From contig NW_026250407.1 of assembly GCF_024521635.1 (NCBI RefSeq), positions 1,178,001-1,242,000 on the forward strand: a DNA stretch of 64,000 nucleotides, in the 5' to 3' direction. The stretch is from Tricharina praecox (Eukaryota). Positions 36,520-49,412 of this stretch are shown in pieces. The notes beneath the pieces were generated by a model. It saw only the letters and a program-made list of their open reading frames with translations. It was not told where the DNA came from and ran no database searches. The translations under genes and the position numbers were made by a program. Numbering within the stretch: the first letter of the stretch is position 1; each line of letters starts with the position of its first letter.

Positions 36520-38150
36520 AAGATATTGGTATGTATGATGTACAATTGTCCTTTTTTCTTCTTTTCCTTTTCATCTTTCGGACTTTGTGCTTGTTCTGGA
36601 TTGTAATCGTTACAATTGGGTTGGGGTGTTTTTTTTTCTTTCTTTTTTTTTGTTTATTTCCTTCCTTTTCTCTCATACAGTGGGCTACCAAAAATTTGCC
36701 GGGTTCCAGGAGTTTGTCGATTTTGTTTCGTTCAATGTATGTGCATTTGGCTGTGCAATGGTCTCTTTCTTTTTCTGGCCTGTCCATTCACAATCTGCGT
36801 CCTGCTCTCCCATGGTTAAGTTGAGCTTGTCCAGTATCTACCGGTTTCTATGTTTGTTGTTTCCTCTCTACACAACTCACTCTCTCTCTCTGCCTCGCCA
36901 GCGTTTTTTTCTCGAGCAACAATTTTCCTTTGTCCTCCTTTGTTACCTTTTTTGTTTTTTGTTCTGGAATTCACATCCTGATACCACCTCTCAGTTGCTA
37001 CTGAACGTCACACACTCTCTCTGCTTTCTATAAAACGCTGCCTTGCTTGCTTGCTTTGCTATTTTTATTCCGTTTTTTTTCCTATCTTGTGTTTCTGTTT
37101 CCGTTTCGTGCTTCAGTATTTTTTGTTTTTTTGTTTTGGGGAGGGGCTGTTTGGGGGGTTGTTTGGGGCAGGCGGCTTGTTGATTTTCTTTTTCCCTTCT
37201 TTTTTCTTTTTGTTTTTACTTGACTTGAGACTTTACTTTCTACTGTAATATTATCCGGTGCGGATGCCGGTGGTGGCCAAACTTTTTTTTTTCAACTTCG
37301 ATTCTGATCTCTCTTTGTTCTTTTACTTTTACCTTACTTTGGTGATAGTGGTGCCGGTAGTGGGTGGTGGTGCTGGTAGTACGGTGGTCGTGGTGCTGGT
37401 GGTGACGGTGGTGGTGAAGGGGATTATTACGGGGGAACAGATCAATTCGATGGTTCTGGTTTTTTTTCCGTGCGTGATAATTGTGCCTGGTGCTTGCGCT
37501 GTGAGGACGGACGGTGAAGTTTCCTTTGTATGTTTGTATTGTATTTTACTCATGGTATGGCTCGGTGAGAACTTGGGTACAAACTACAGACTGCGGATAG
37601 ATGGGTGTTTCGTTGCGTTGCGTGTTGTTTATTTTGTTGTTTATTTTGTTGTTTATTTTGTATGTAAGGATGTAGATACAGTGCCTAAGGGAGTAGTAAG
37701 TAGAGTTGTGGGTAAATAGTGCAGTGTGGGGAATTCTATAGTGAGGAACTTTGAACTGCGCAGGCACCTGATCGCTGTGTGATGTGTGATGTGTGATGGG
37801 ATGTGTGATGTGTGATGTGTGCGTGCTTCAGCAGTAGCAGTACTCTACATAGCAGTAGTTAACAGTGATGCTTAACTGACCATTTCTTATACATATGCGA
37901 GCTGCGAACTGGGGACGATGTGCGAGCTGGGGACGATGTGCGTGCGCGCATTAGTTACTAGCAGTTAGTAGTACCTAGTACTCATGTATGTATGAGGTAT
38001 GTGCCGACCGACGACCGTGCTCCGTCAACTGGGCGCTGATGCTGTGTTGTTGCTGTGCATGGAGAAGTGGGAGGAGTACGTGGTGAAGTGCGCGGTGTCG
38101 GTGTCGGCCGGTGTTGGGGCTAAAAGGTGTTGCGGTGAGTGTTGGTGTTG

Positions 38151-38236
38151 GTGCATACGGTACATAAGTTCAGTTCAGGTCTTGCTGCGGTGCATACGGT
38201 ACATAAGTTCAGTTCAGGTCTTGCTGCGGTGCATAC
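38151..38236. repeat. Perfect 39-bp tandem duplication
   Basis: GTGCATACGGTACATAAGTTCAGTTCAGGTCTTGCTGCG twice plus a partial third copy. Confidence 0.92.
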
Positions 38237-40391
38237 ATTCCTAGTATACATACATAGGAAGTGGATTGGGGGAGAGGGGTAGGTAGGCGGGGATTTCGTG
38301 CATGAAAGTTCGAGGTCGAGGGGGGAGGGGGGATGCGGGGGCGGGCGGTGATGTCCGGGTTGGGCGGATGGGTGGGTTGGGTGGGCGGGTTGGAGAGCGG
38401 TTACGAACGGAGACGTGGACGGAGACAGAGATGGAGACAGAGATGGAGACGATGATGGAGACGATGATGGAGACTGTAGGGGTGGAGACGGTGGACACTA
38501 GAGAAACAGGATAGGTAAGATCTATTCTTGTGAAGTACCTAGGTCCAAGGTAGTCTAGGTGCCCGGGGTGGCCGGGGCAAGGTATGAACATTGAACACAG
38601 GTGGGGGGGGCAGGCCCGACAGTCGACAGTCGATTTCGGCGATTCGGGGTACCGTACGGTACGGGGGGTATCCTGAGCCTTCTTGCAGATGCGGGATGCG
38701 GGAGTGGTGCCATCGCCATTGCCTGAGGACACCGAATCGCTGACAAAAGCGCTCAGGAGTCAGGCAATCCCTCTCTCGGGTCTCGAGTCTCCGTCGTTCG
38801 ATCCTGCTGTAGATAGGTATTTCTGGTCTGGACTCTGGATTGGACTCTGGAGTGCTCACTGCTCCCAGTCTCACGGTCTCACCGCTTGTTTCACCGCCTA
38901 GGCAGGTAGAGCACCTGGACGAGCTGTTTCGCCGCAAGAATCACCGTCGCACCCGGAGCAGGCGCTCAATCTCAGTTACCGCGGGTGCGGGCGCGGCGGG
39001 AGATGGCGGGCCAACCTCGATATATCCATCCATCCATCATCTACTCCAGACCCCGCCTCCGCCTGCACGATAGGTATAGATATAGATATAGAAACCTACG
39101 GTTTCATCTGCCCCGGCCCGGGGACGCGCAGTCGCAGTCGCAGTCGCAGTCGCACAAGCCGGGCCGGCTCGATCCGGTCCGCCGCTCTTTGCTGGGCGGG
39201 GTGCGCGGGGAAGCGGTGGCTGGGAACGAGCAGAGCCAAGGGTTGCGCGGGATGGAAACACGTGCCCACCCCTCCCCCTCCCCGCGCCGTGTCAATAGCT
39301 GCCGAAGACCGAAACATCGAAACATCGTATCCGCCGTAAGCGCCTACATACTCCCCGTTTCGCTCCCTCCAGGCTCCGATCCCTCCGATCCTTCCCGGCC
39401 CATGTATGATGTCCGGTGCTCTGGGACTCTGGGACTGCAAGCCTAGCAATTGTCCGCTTGCATAGTCAGAGCACCATACATGTCCATACATGTCTATTGT
39501 CCATACCTGGCTGCATAAGCGCCCAGAAGGAAGAAGAAAAAACCTTCGCCGTGCATTAGCTAACCAGATAGTCCAGTTCATCACCGTGCAGATCTGGAGG
39601 CCGTCCGCTTGGAGGAGGGGTTGACGTGGGAGTTGGGTTTAGAACTTTAGAGTAGCATGGGATGCTGGGTGCTGGATGCTGGTTTGGGGATGCGCATGCT
39701 ACATAAAGATGTGGGATGTGGGTATGTATGGCTGCTATCGTAGGCGGGCGTGTTTTCTGCCTGGCTGTTAGGGCTTGACGTGGCAGGCGGCGGTAGTAAC
39801 TGGTGGGATGTGGGATGTGGAAATAGAGTGCCCACTGCCCAAGATATCTGGATTCTGACGAACCGACCGACCGATGAAAGCACTCTACTGTAACTGCCGT
39901 TCGTTCGTTGATGGAATTCGCAAATCGGAGGACAGAGTTCTCGATGAGCACCGACCAAAGCAGGAGCTCGACGAGGATTTAGAGGTAGTTACCATCTACT
40001 GGCCGCCGTGGGCGGAGATCTCCCCGCCGCCGCCGCTAGATGTTTATGTACGCCCATAAATGGCTCTTTGATCGATCGTCGGATCTCCAGTACTTGCCGG
40101 TTTCTATCGCGAGTAGGTGCTGTCAGCAGTCGGCTAGAGTAAACTGCCACGCAGCGCGCGAGAACTTTCCTAACCAGGACTCATTGCTTCCGTCTGGAAT
40201 TGCGCTGGCTTATTGGCTTCTTGACTTATTGGTCGAGACTCGGATCTGCAGGTAGGTAGGTAGGTAGGCCACACAACTACATATACACATCGGTTTCTGT
40301 GGGGGAGGAGAAGAAGGCTGGCCGTCCGTCGAAGAAACGATTTGGGATGGTTGGCGTATCAAGGTGTCAGAATGAATGGGACCGCGACGGC

Positions 40392-41437
40392 TTATCTGGC
40401 GAGGTGGATGCTAGAGGCTAGATAGAGGGTAGTGGTAGGTCGAGTGAGATTTGCGATGGCGAGAAACAAACGCGGCCGTAATTATGGCGGGCCAAGGTGA
40501 TGGCCGACGTCAACTCCTCGAAGGATGAGACGGCAAGTTTATCTGGCGAGGTGCAGGCTAGAGGCTAGATAGAGGGTAGTGGTAGGCCGAGTGAGATGTG
40601 CAGCGGCGATAAACAAGCGCGGCCTTAGTTACTGCGGACCGTGGTGATGGCCGACGTCAACCCCGCGAAGGATGAGCCGGGAAGTTCCGGAACATCAGAC
40701 GAGATCACTCGGTACCGAGTCAGCGTTTGTGAAGGCGTGTGATTTCAACACGCGATTTTTTTTGATGGAGCAGAACTCTAATTAAAGATGGGAGCCCGCA
40801 TTTGGTTATATTTCCGTGCGATCAAAGAGGAGGAAGTCAGTGAGAGTTGGTATCCCTGGGGGTGGTTGCTGTCATCGTTGCTTGACGTCGTTGCGCGACG
40901 TCGTTGCTGCTCTCGACGGCCGCGGCGATTCGTAACCTGACAAAATACACCGCTAATTCCCCCGTCACGATCGCTGTAGGTCGAGCGAGATGTGCAATGA
41001 TAAGAAACAATTGCGGCCGTAGTTATGGGGGGCCGTGATGATGGCTGATGTCGACCCCGCCAAGCCTGCGATGGAATATTCCGGAACGTCAGACGATATC
41101 ACTCGGCGACGAGTCAACGATTGTGAATGCGTGTAACTTCAAAACTCGATTTTTTTGATGGAGCAGAACCCTAATTAAAAATGGGAGAAGCCATTTGGTT
41201 ATAACCGTGCGAATCTTGCGAGGCACATTCAATTGAGGGCTGGCGTCCGTGGGGCTAGCTGCCGTGGTTGTTTCTTGACGTCGTTGCGCGACGCCTCCTC
41301 TGCTCTCCATGACCCCGTCGATTCCTAGCCTGACAACATACACCACTACCTCGCCTGCCACAGCCGCTGCCCCCCTCCTCCTCATTTCCCACCACCCAAA
41401 CTGCCACAACCGCTGCCCCCCTCCTCCTCATTTCCCA
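40392..41437. repeat. Nested diverged tandem duplications (147-bp, about 394-bp and about 47-bp periods)
   Basis: 40392-40538 vs 40539-40685 (20 mismatches, no indels, by manual count); about 40582-40975 vs 40976-41368; CTGCCACA.CCGCTGCCCCCCTCCTCCTCATTTCCCA twice at 41354-41437. Confidence 0.9.
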
Positions 41438-41557
41438 TCGACCTGGAATCCAGAACAATAGTTTCGATTTCCGAGTCTTCGAACCGTTCCCCTTCCCATA
41501 CCACATACCGACAACGAAAACTAAGCTTCCTCAAGACCCAAGAAACTAAGCGGCACA

Positions 41558-43389
41558 ATGGCTAAATCTGGTTACCGCAAGCCAGCCACAAAGCTCTCGA
41601 CCGATCCTAGGAACGTCGAGCGCCGAAAGCGAGTTAACCACGACTCGTTCACAGTAAGTTACTTCCACCGCTATTGCTGCGTTGCGATCTGGTTGTGCCT
41701 GTCGGGACGTGGAGTATGGGTGCCGAGTGCGCTGCGTAACAAAGCAACCGACAGTGTGGTCCAGCTGCCCGTTGCATGCAATGCTATCGTCGCCGATGGC
41801 AGCGGCCTCCGTGTTGGAGTACATACAGACGCCGTCGGTCGCTGTCGCAGTTGGCCAGCGGTCACATTTTTATCCGCTGCCCCCGCCCCCTCCAGCGGTG
41901 CTTCCTCCGCACGCTTTGGCCAGCCAATGCTTCCGAGTCCATCGCTGACACCCTGCAGTACAAGAAGGGCCGCATCGACAGTAAATTCTGCAACCGCTTC
42001 AAGGCCTGGACGGATAAGCACCCGACCGCTTCCGAAGAAGAGATGAAACAGAGGAAGCTCGAACTCGACACCCAGGCTGCCGCTGAAATCGCGGAACTCC
42101 GGAATCAAATGATCGCGGAAGGAAGTTCGGTTGCCTACCAGGCGAAGGACCCCGATAAACCGCGGACGTACCTTAGGGGTCCCAAGGGTACTTTCATGCC
42201 GAAGACCGGCCGGCATACGAAGGCTGCCAAGCAGGCGAGGAAGATCGAGGGACAGAGGAAGAAGGCCGAGAGGGAGAAGAAGAGGGCCGAGAAGAAGAAG
42301 GCAAAGACTATCAAGCAGTTGGCTGAGATGATCATGGAGAGACAGCCGCTGAGTGAGTTGCTCAAAGTGTGTGAGCCGCTGCCAAACGAAGAGGTGGTGG
42401 CGAGAGGGCTGGACCAGGCGGTTGATCTGGAGGGGATCGACCTTTTGGCCTTGTTTTCCAGCCAGAAGAGTGGAAAGAACGGGAAGGGAGGCGAAGGAAA
42501 AGAGCCAGTGGAGAGGGCTAGCGAAATTTCCAACACCAACACCGGCGTTCTTCTTGCCGATGGCCCGGAGGAGGAGATTCATATGGCTACTTCTAGAGCG
42601 AGCTGCGAAGACCTTGGCGTTCCCGTCCACGGCCTCCCCGCCCCCGTTACCGAAGAATATATCTCTACGGTAGAGATTCATCAAGGTTTTTCTGACAAGC
42701 AACTGATTCCCGACGGCACTGCGGCCGGAATGAATGGTGGGGATCTTAGCGTGTGCACCGGTGACCCGGACTTCGATGCCTTGTTTGTCGAAGCAGATGT
42801 CGCTGCAGTAGACATGTATCAAGGTATTACCAACGACCAACTTATTCCCGAAGGCACCGAGGCCGGAATGAATGCTGGAGACCTCAGAGTGTACACCGAC
42901 AACCTGGACACCGATGACCTGAACATTGATTCCTTCTTTGCTACTGCTGAGGCTGAGATTTCTGCGGCCGGCATGAACCGTAAAGGTCCCCACAACGCTC
43001 TTACTGCTGGAGGCCCATATGTTGCAGGAGAAGGAGGTGAAGGGGGAAGATATTCTGGAGAAGAGGATACAACCGCCAGCATTAATTTCGCAGATCTTTG
43101 CTCCTGGGAAGACCCCTACATTGCTGGCATTGGTGCTTTCTCCGGACAGGGAGAAGCTCAAGCAGACATGAACCAAGAAGATCATACCTTCCCCGACGAC
43201 AACAGTATCCCGAGTTATGAGTATCAAATTCCTGGTCTCACCGGTAACATTGAGTCTTTCACTTTCGATAACTTTTGGCACTTTCCGACCCCGCATCCCG
43301 TTCTTCCCTCCGAGGGTACCGCCATCGATCCTCAGATTTCCCAGATGGATCACGAATTTTTCGGTGACGAAGGTGATCAGTTCATTTAG
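41558..43389 (+). CDS. Orphan protein with basic N-terminus/coiled coil and acidic repeated C-terminus; exons 41558-41653 and 41959-43389
   Basis: CACAATGG start context; GTAAGT donor at 41654; GCTGAC branch and CTGCAG acceptor at 41958 join the exons in phase 0. Confidence 0.75.
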
Positions 43390-45768
43390 TCTGTCACCAA
43401 TTGGTAACTTCCCTTACCAAAACCCCAAACTTAAACATGTTCTGGGAGTGACATCCTATACTGCGAAGGTCATGAATGCGGTTGAGTTTCGGTTGGTACT
43501 CTTTTTCTTTGTTGTGGTCTACATTGTGGCATAGAGAGCATTCTCCTCGCCATCTGCCTTTTTTTTTCTTTGCAGATTTCTTGATTCTGGAGTTTGCGGG
43601 TAGAGCTGGCGTGTATGCATGTGGATGGGGTACGGTACGGGAGAGCACGGAGTTTCATGGGGGATATGCCTGTATTGAGTTGAATTTGTTTTCTTTTCTA
43701 GGATTTTTACGGCGACGTACGGGATCTGGAGTTTCATGTTCTTTCAGGCGCAAATGATTGTCTTTCTTTTCTCTGGTGGAGTTAGTGGAGATATACTTTT
43801 CTGGCGCCGCGGATAAATGTGCTCCACAGTGCTTGACATCAATATAATCTCGCGGTGGTTCGGTGAGGGATCACCCGCTAAGAGTTGTCGTGCTCGTATC
43901 TAAAGGACAGTGTGAGCGTGCGGGAGGAGAAGGCCTTATCACTGAAAATAAGGTCTGGTAGTTGCGTGTATGTAGGATCCACTTTGGACGCCTGTGTTGC
44001 GGCGAGCAGCGGTACCGAGCGACCATTATGCCGGGCAGACCCGATGCAGTCGTGTTGAACGTTGAATTGTTTTCGGTTGTTGCTTTTCTGTTTGTCTCGT
44101 CGGTCCGTCTCTTGTTCAACACAACAGACATCAGATATAATCACACCTCTCTTTTTTATCTCATCCCATCCTCAGGGCCCCCAGTGCCGCCCCAGATTCT
44201 TTAGCAGCAAGTAGGTAATCGCTGATCTCTTACCGTCTGCCGTGGGCCGCCCTCATAACTAATCGCGGGGGACGGAGTTACGTAGGTGCGGTTCGGCTTC
44301 GTCCTAGTACGGCACGTCGGCCTCGCAACCTAATGGATACCTACCGTAGGCCCGTGAAGCCGTCTTCTCATTTCCAACACATCGTCGAAATCTCCTGGTA
44401 TGTCGGTATCCAGCCGACGTACATACTGTACTTACGGTTAATGGCGGACTGCAGTGATCCCGGATATGGTTCACGGGAGAATTTAGATTCACATGGCGAT
44501 CACGTAACGGAAGAGACCACCCCGCTAGGTTCGGAATATACTCTGCGCAAGGTTGCCCGATTCGGTATCTAACCCGTCAATTGTGGGTCCTGATAGTTTT
44601 AAGCCGTCCTGGCCTCCGACTCGACGGAGAACGGTGGGACATTCCCCCGACGAGCCGCTTCCGCGTATGCAACGTCAAACCTTCGCTGAAATACGCATTT
44701 TCGTGTATTGTGGGGATTCTGGAAGGAAACTATGGCCGACATACCTAGTATATAGGTAAAGACCGTCCCTAACACGGACCGCCTACGTCAGTTTTTCCGC
44801 CGTGCGATGGCCCCGCTGATGTGCCCGAGCAGAGTATGTTTTCATCTTTCCCAATTGGGTCCGTCGGGCGACACGAGTGCTGGCCTCCAGACGTCTCTAT
44901 AGTGAGCCTTGACAACAAGTGCCAGTAGTTGCTTGCTTTCTGTCATTGTTCCGATATCCGGGATCGAGATGTACGAGTACTGTGGGTTGACGTCATGTCG
45001 ATCACAGCCCGTTACAGCCGAATGAGGAGAGTTTGTAGGTGCCTACATATTGCATCGCGCGACTTCTTGCTACGATAGGGTACCGTCAAACACGGATACG
45101 GCATTCCAGTAAAGCGCTGACTGAATACCTTTATTACGCGCTTATGGATCGTCAATCAGGCGCATACCAACTAACCTGTTTTTGCTGGACCGGCCATGGC
45201 ATTGCTTGTTTTGCCCCTCCGGCCCGCAAGCGTGCCGTTCGATCTCTTGGCAATGAACACCTGATTACTGAACAGTTCCATATCGTGTTGTTTGGCCACT
45301 GTACGTACATGGCTATCGGAGAGTTACAGTTGGCGAGGAGGTATGTACGGACTCTGCCTTCTAGACGTCAAAACGAACATCAGATGAGCATCGTGAAGGG
45401 CCTGTGCCTGGAGATCTTTGACATCGTGCCAGGCCGTTTCTCAGCTGAGCAACGTACGCCGGAAGGTTAACCTAACTAGGTATCTGATATACTTTAGACC
45501 ATGTAAGGAGGGATCGTCATTTGCATGGGGAGGGGGAATGGAAGAAACCATGACGCATACATAGGGTTCTATGGATTCTAACCGGATCGACTGGGCTAAC
45601 GTGTTGGAGCAAGGCGAACTGTGGGGAGTCGAGTCGAGGCGGGGTTGTGGAGATGTGGGGGAGTATAAAAAGACGTCTTCTATCCTCCTTTCTTATTTTT
45701 CCTTTGCCGATACCCAAAAACCAGCCACCCGTCATCCTATCGTCACCGCACACACACTTACACACACA

Positions 45769-47967
45769 ATGGTAAGCGGAGGCAAAGAGAGCACCGAAAT
45801 GCCCTCGCCAGGCGGCCACCCGTCTGCCGGCATGACGGAAGAGGAGATCTCGAGACTAAACGCCAGACTGGCCAATCCACTGGCTGGTATGTCCCTCGAG
45901 CAACTACAGGAGATGGGCGCCAAATACGCGAGGGAAAATGGTATGGAAGAGTACGAAATGGAATTCCGGAAGGGTGCTATGCTGGCACAGGACCGAGATG
46001 CTTTCGAAACTATCCCATTACTCACGGACGAGGAGAGAGATATATTGCGACGTGAAGTCACTCATCGGTGGAGCCATCCGATGGCCCTCTACCACATGGT
46101 GATAATGTGCTCGGTTGCTGCCGCAGTTCAGGGCATGGACGAGTCGGTTATCAACGGAGGTAATGTTTATCCCGTGAGTTATGGAGCTAGGGAGCAAATG
46201 ACTGACACCATGTCAGCAAATTTATACTTCTTCGACCAGTTTGGAATCCAGGATCGTGAATGGATCAAGGGCCTTGTCAACTCGGCTCCTTATCTCTGCT
46301 GTTTCACCATTGGTTGTTGGTAGGTTTTGGACGGGTCGGAGGTCTCTGAATGCAGCGTGCTGACGATCTTTAGGCTCACACATCCTCTCAACCAAGCTTT
46401 CGGACGTCGCAACACAATATTCATCACTTGCTTGATCTCCTTCGCAACTTGCTTCTGGCAAGCCTTCACCAATACTTGGTGGCATCTGTTCATTGCCCGC
46501 TTTTTTCTTGGCTTCGGCATCGGCCCGAAATCGAGTACTGTCCCTGTCTACGCTGCGGAATGTTCTCCACCAGCGGTATGCTACCCCCTATATCTTTTCG
46601 GGGCGAACATAGGAAGGCTGATATGGTGTGACCAGATCCGTGGAGCTTTGGTGATGATGTGGCAAATGTGGACGGCGTTCGGAATCATGTTGGGATACGT
46701 CTGCGACGTTGCCTTCATGAATGTGAAGACCGAGGCCGTGCCCGATCTCAACTGGCGAATGATGCTCGCGTCCGCAGCGATACCGGCTATCTTTGTGTGC
46801 GCCCAGGTCTACTTCTGTGTGAGTATTCCCATTCCCATTCCGATTTCCGGAAGATGACCATACTAATGCTACAACAGCCCGAATCTCCACGCTACGAGTT
46901 GATGAAGGGCAGGCCAAGGCGTGCATTCGACTCACTTGCTCGCCTTCGATGGTCCAAAGTCCAGGCTGCCCGTGACCTCTTCTACATGAAAGTCCTTCTC
47001 GAAGCTGAGGGAGAGATGGCCAAGGGCATCGCTAAACTCAAGGAGATGTTCACCGTCGGCCGAAACCGTCGCGCTATGCAAGCATCTCAGCTCGTCATGT
47101 TCATGCAACAGTTCTGCGGCAGTGAGTATTACTCTAGACATCCCCACCGAGTCATCTTCCGTGCTAATCCCCTCCCGCAGTCAACGTCATCGCATATTAC
47201 TCGTCCAGTATTTTCGCCGACGCCGGCTTTAGCCACGCCCAAGCACTTCTTGCCTCCATGGGCTTCGGAATCATCAACTGGCTCTTTGCGCTACCGGCAG
47301 TATTCACGATCGACCGATTCGGACGGCGAAACCTGCTGCTAACCACGTTCCCACTAATGTCACTCGCCCTGCTCTTCACCGGCTTCTGTTTCTGGATACC
47401 AGGCGAATCGACTGCCCGAGTGGCCTGCGTCGCGCTGGGCATATACCTCTTCGCGATGGTGTACTCTCCCGGCGAAGGTCCAGTGCCGTTCACCTACTCG
47501 GCCGAAGCGTACCCGCTCTACATCCGTGATATCGGCATGTCGCTTGCTACAGCAACGACGTGGGGCTTCAACTTCATCCTCGCCGTCACCTGGTTCGCGC
47601 TCGAAAAGGCCTTTACAACGCAAGGCGCCTTCGCCTGGTACGCGGGTTGGAACATAGTCGGCTTCTTTGGCGTCCTCTTCCTCCTGCCGGAAACCAAAGG
47701 TATGCTCCTCCTTGTCCCCCTTTGTTTCTTTCACGTACTAACCAGTCCATAGGAAAAACCCTTGAAGAGCTGGACCAAGTCTTTAGCGTGCCGACGCGGG
47801 TGCACGCCCGGTACGGCGCAAGGCAGATTCCGTACTTCTTCAAGCGCTACGTGCTGTGGCAGAACGTTGAGGCGCCACGGTTGTCGGGCGCCAATCACCC
47901 GCCCGTAGAGTATCACGAGAGCACGTTCGCAGAGACGAAGGAGAGTAGTCCTGAAAGAAGGGTGTAG
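45769..47967 (+). CDS. MFS sugar porter (polyol/myo-inositol transporter-like), multi-exon
   Basis: LANPLAG, AAVQGMDESVING, FGRR, GIGPKSSTVPVYAAE, PESPR, MQQFCG, IDRFGRR, SPGEGPVPFTYSAE, PETKGKTLEELD; six introns. Confidence 0.93.
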
Positions 47968-48626
47968 TTTGGTTTGACAGTTGGCACATCATACCTATTG
48001 TCGTAAAATGGCGTTTTTTTTGGGAGTTAGTCATTTAGGGATGGGGTTTATGATGGGATTGGTTATGTGTGATGGCTTTACGGAGGCACGTAATGAGATT
48101 TATTCATCATGCAGACTTTTGGATGCGTGAGTATGTATGATCGAGCTGCAACTTTGTTTTTTTGTGGGCTCTGCGGCTGGTGATTATTGATGAGGCGGTA
48201 ATGTATGACTATGGACTCCGACCAATCAGGAGGTGCCGTGACGGCCGACGGCATTGTCCCGGAATATCCCGTAAACAATAGCTCGAAGTATCACAAGATA
48301 TCAAGCTCCTATCATCTTGGGAGTCGGGGAAACGGGGAAACGGGGAAACGGAAAATGGGAAACATCGCAGTGTCATATTGCGGTCCATTTTCTAGGTCGC
48401 GGGGACGCAGAGTAACCGTAGGTCTACATAAGGCGAATGGTCCCGTATGGGCAGAGGCCGTGCTCCGGCAGTGACCAGTCTTGCCCCTCCCTCCCCTCCC
48501 CCCCTCTCCTCCTATCTCGTCGCGGTCTCACTTCCGAGTAAACAATCGGCTGAGTCACACACGGTGTCATCTGGGCCACCTCGTGAAAACATACTCCATA
48601 TACTCCGTAAAAAAAACCCGTCGACT

Positions 48627-49412
48627 TCAATACGGCGTCACCGGCACTCTCCCCGGCGTCTGCGGCTGCTGGTATGCATAGTCCACTACCGGCTCCTCCG
48701 CACTCCTCCCTTGCACCAACTCCACATCCTTCCCGGCCTCACTTTCCCTCCCCTCACTCTTCAACCTCAACCTAACCCCCATTACCGTAACAACAACACA
48801 CCAAACGCCCACCGCAACATAAATCGCCACCAGGACGATCGAAATCCCAAACAGCCCCTTCGCCTGCAAGCACGGCGAGCGGTTGCGCGGGTAGTACACG
48901 TCCGCGCAGCTATGTGTCAGGAACCATGGCGTCTCCGAGTTCACGCCGGCTTGGTAGATCGCTATGATCGCGATCCAGATCGACAGCATGATCACCTGCA
49001 CCAGTGCGAGTGCTTGCGGTGGGCAGAGGGACAGGATGTACAGCGTCGCTTGCAGGACCATGCACAGGAAGGAGGCGAGCGTGAGGTACAGGCTCACTGT
49101 TGTTGCGCTGCGGGGGGGGTTTCTGTTAGCACCGTGCGCGAGCATTGAGCGCGGGGGGGGGGGGGGGGGGGGGGTGGGGGGTGCAGGGACATACACAGGC
49201 CGCCACACAAGCGGCACATCCGTGCTCCCGGGGGTGTACGTAGATTTCGCGACGAAGCCGCTGGCCACGCCGTCGTCCAGCAGGGCGCTGCGGTAGGTAT
49301 TGGGGTTTGCGTAGCCGAAGAGGCCGAACAGCGCGGTCAGGCAGCCGAATTCAAGAATCAGCAGGCCCGGGAGGATGTAGCGGGATTTTTGCGGCGCTGA
49401 GGGCCAGCGCAT
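48627..49412 (-). CDS. Small fungal membrane protein with about 4 TM segments; one intron at about 49108-49194
   Basis: Four hydrophobic segments; PWFLTHSC...C.QAK motif; in-frame GTATGT...GCTAAC...CAG intron containing a poly-C run. Alternative start at 49442. Confidence 0.7.
   Translation of the reverse strand: MRWPSAPQKSRYILPGLLILEFGCLTALFGLFGYANPNTYRSALLDDGVASGFVAKSTYTPGSTDVPLVWRPVYVPAPPTPPPPPPPRSMLAHGANRNPPRSATTVSLYLTLASFLCMVLQATLYILSLCPPQALALVQVIMLSIWIAIIAIYQAGVNSETPWFLTHSCADVYYPRNRSPCLQAKGLFGISIVLVAIYVAVGVWCVVVTVMGVRLRLKSEGRESEAGKDVELVQGRSAEEPVVDYAYQQPQTPGRVPVTPY

Noticed and set aside
40392..40685. 147-bp period equal to the nucleosome core length or 49 codons
   Set aside because: Only two copies, and stops in all frames; the match is likely coincidental
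41671..43353. 560-aa minus-strand ORF
   Set aside because: Codon-aligned antisense shadow of the + strand orphan gene; no motifs, and the splice signals and start context favour the + strand
46310..46330. In-frame TAG after GCW in the sugar transporter, a possible A-to-I edited premature stop
   Set aside because: Explained by a normal intron (TG|GTAGGT...TTTAG|G) that restores Trp-Leu-Thr
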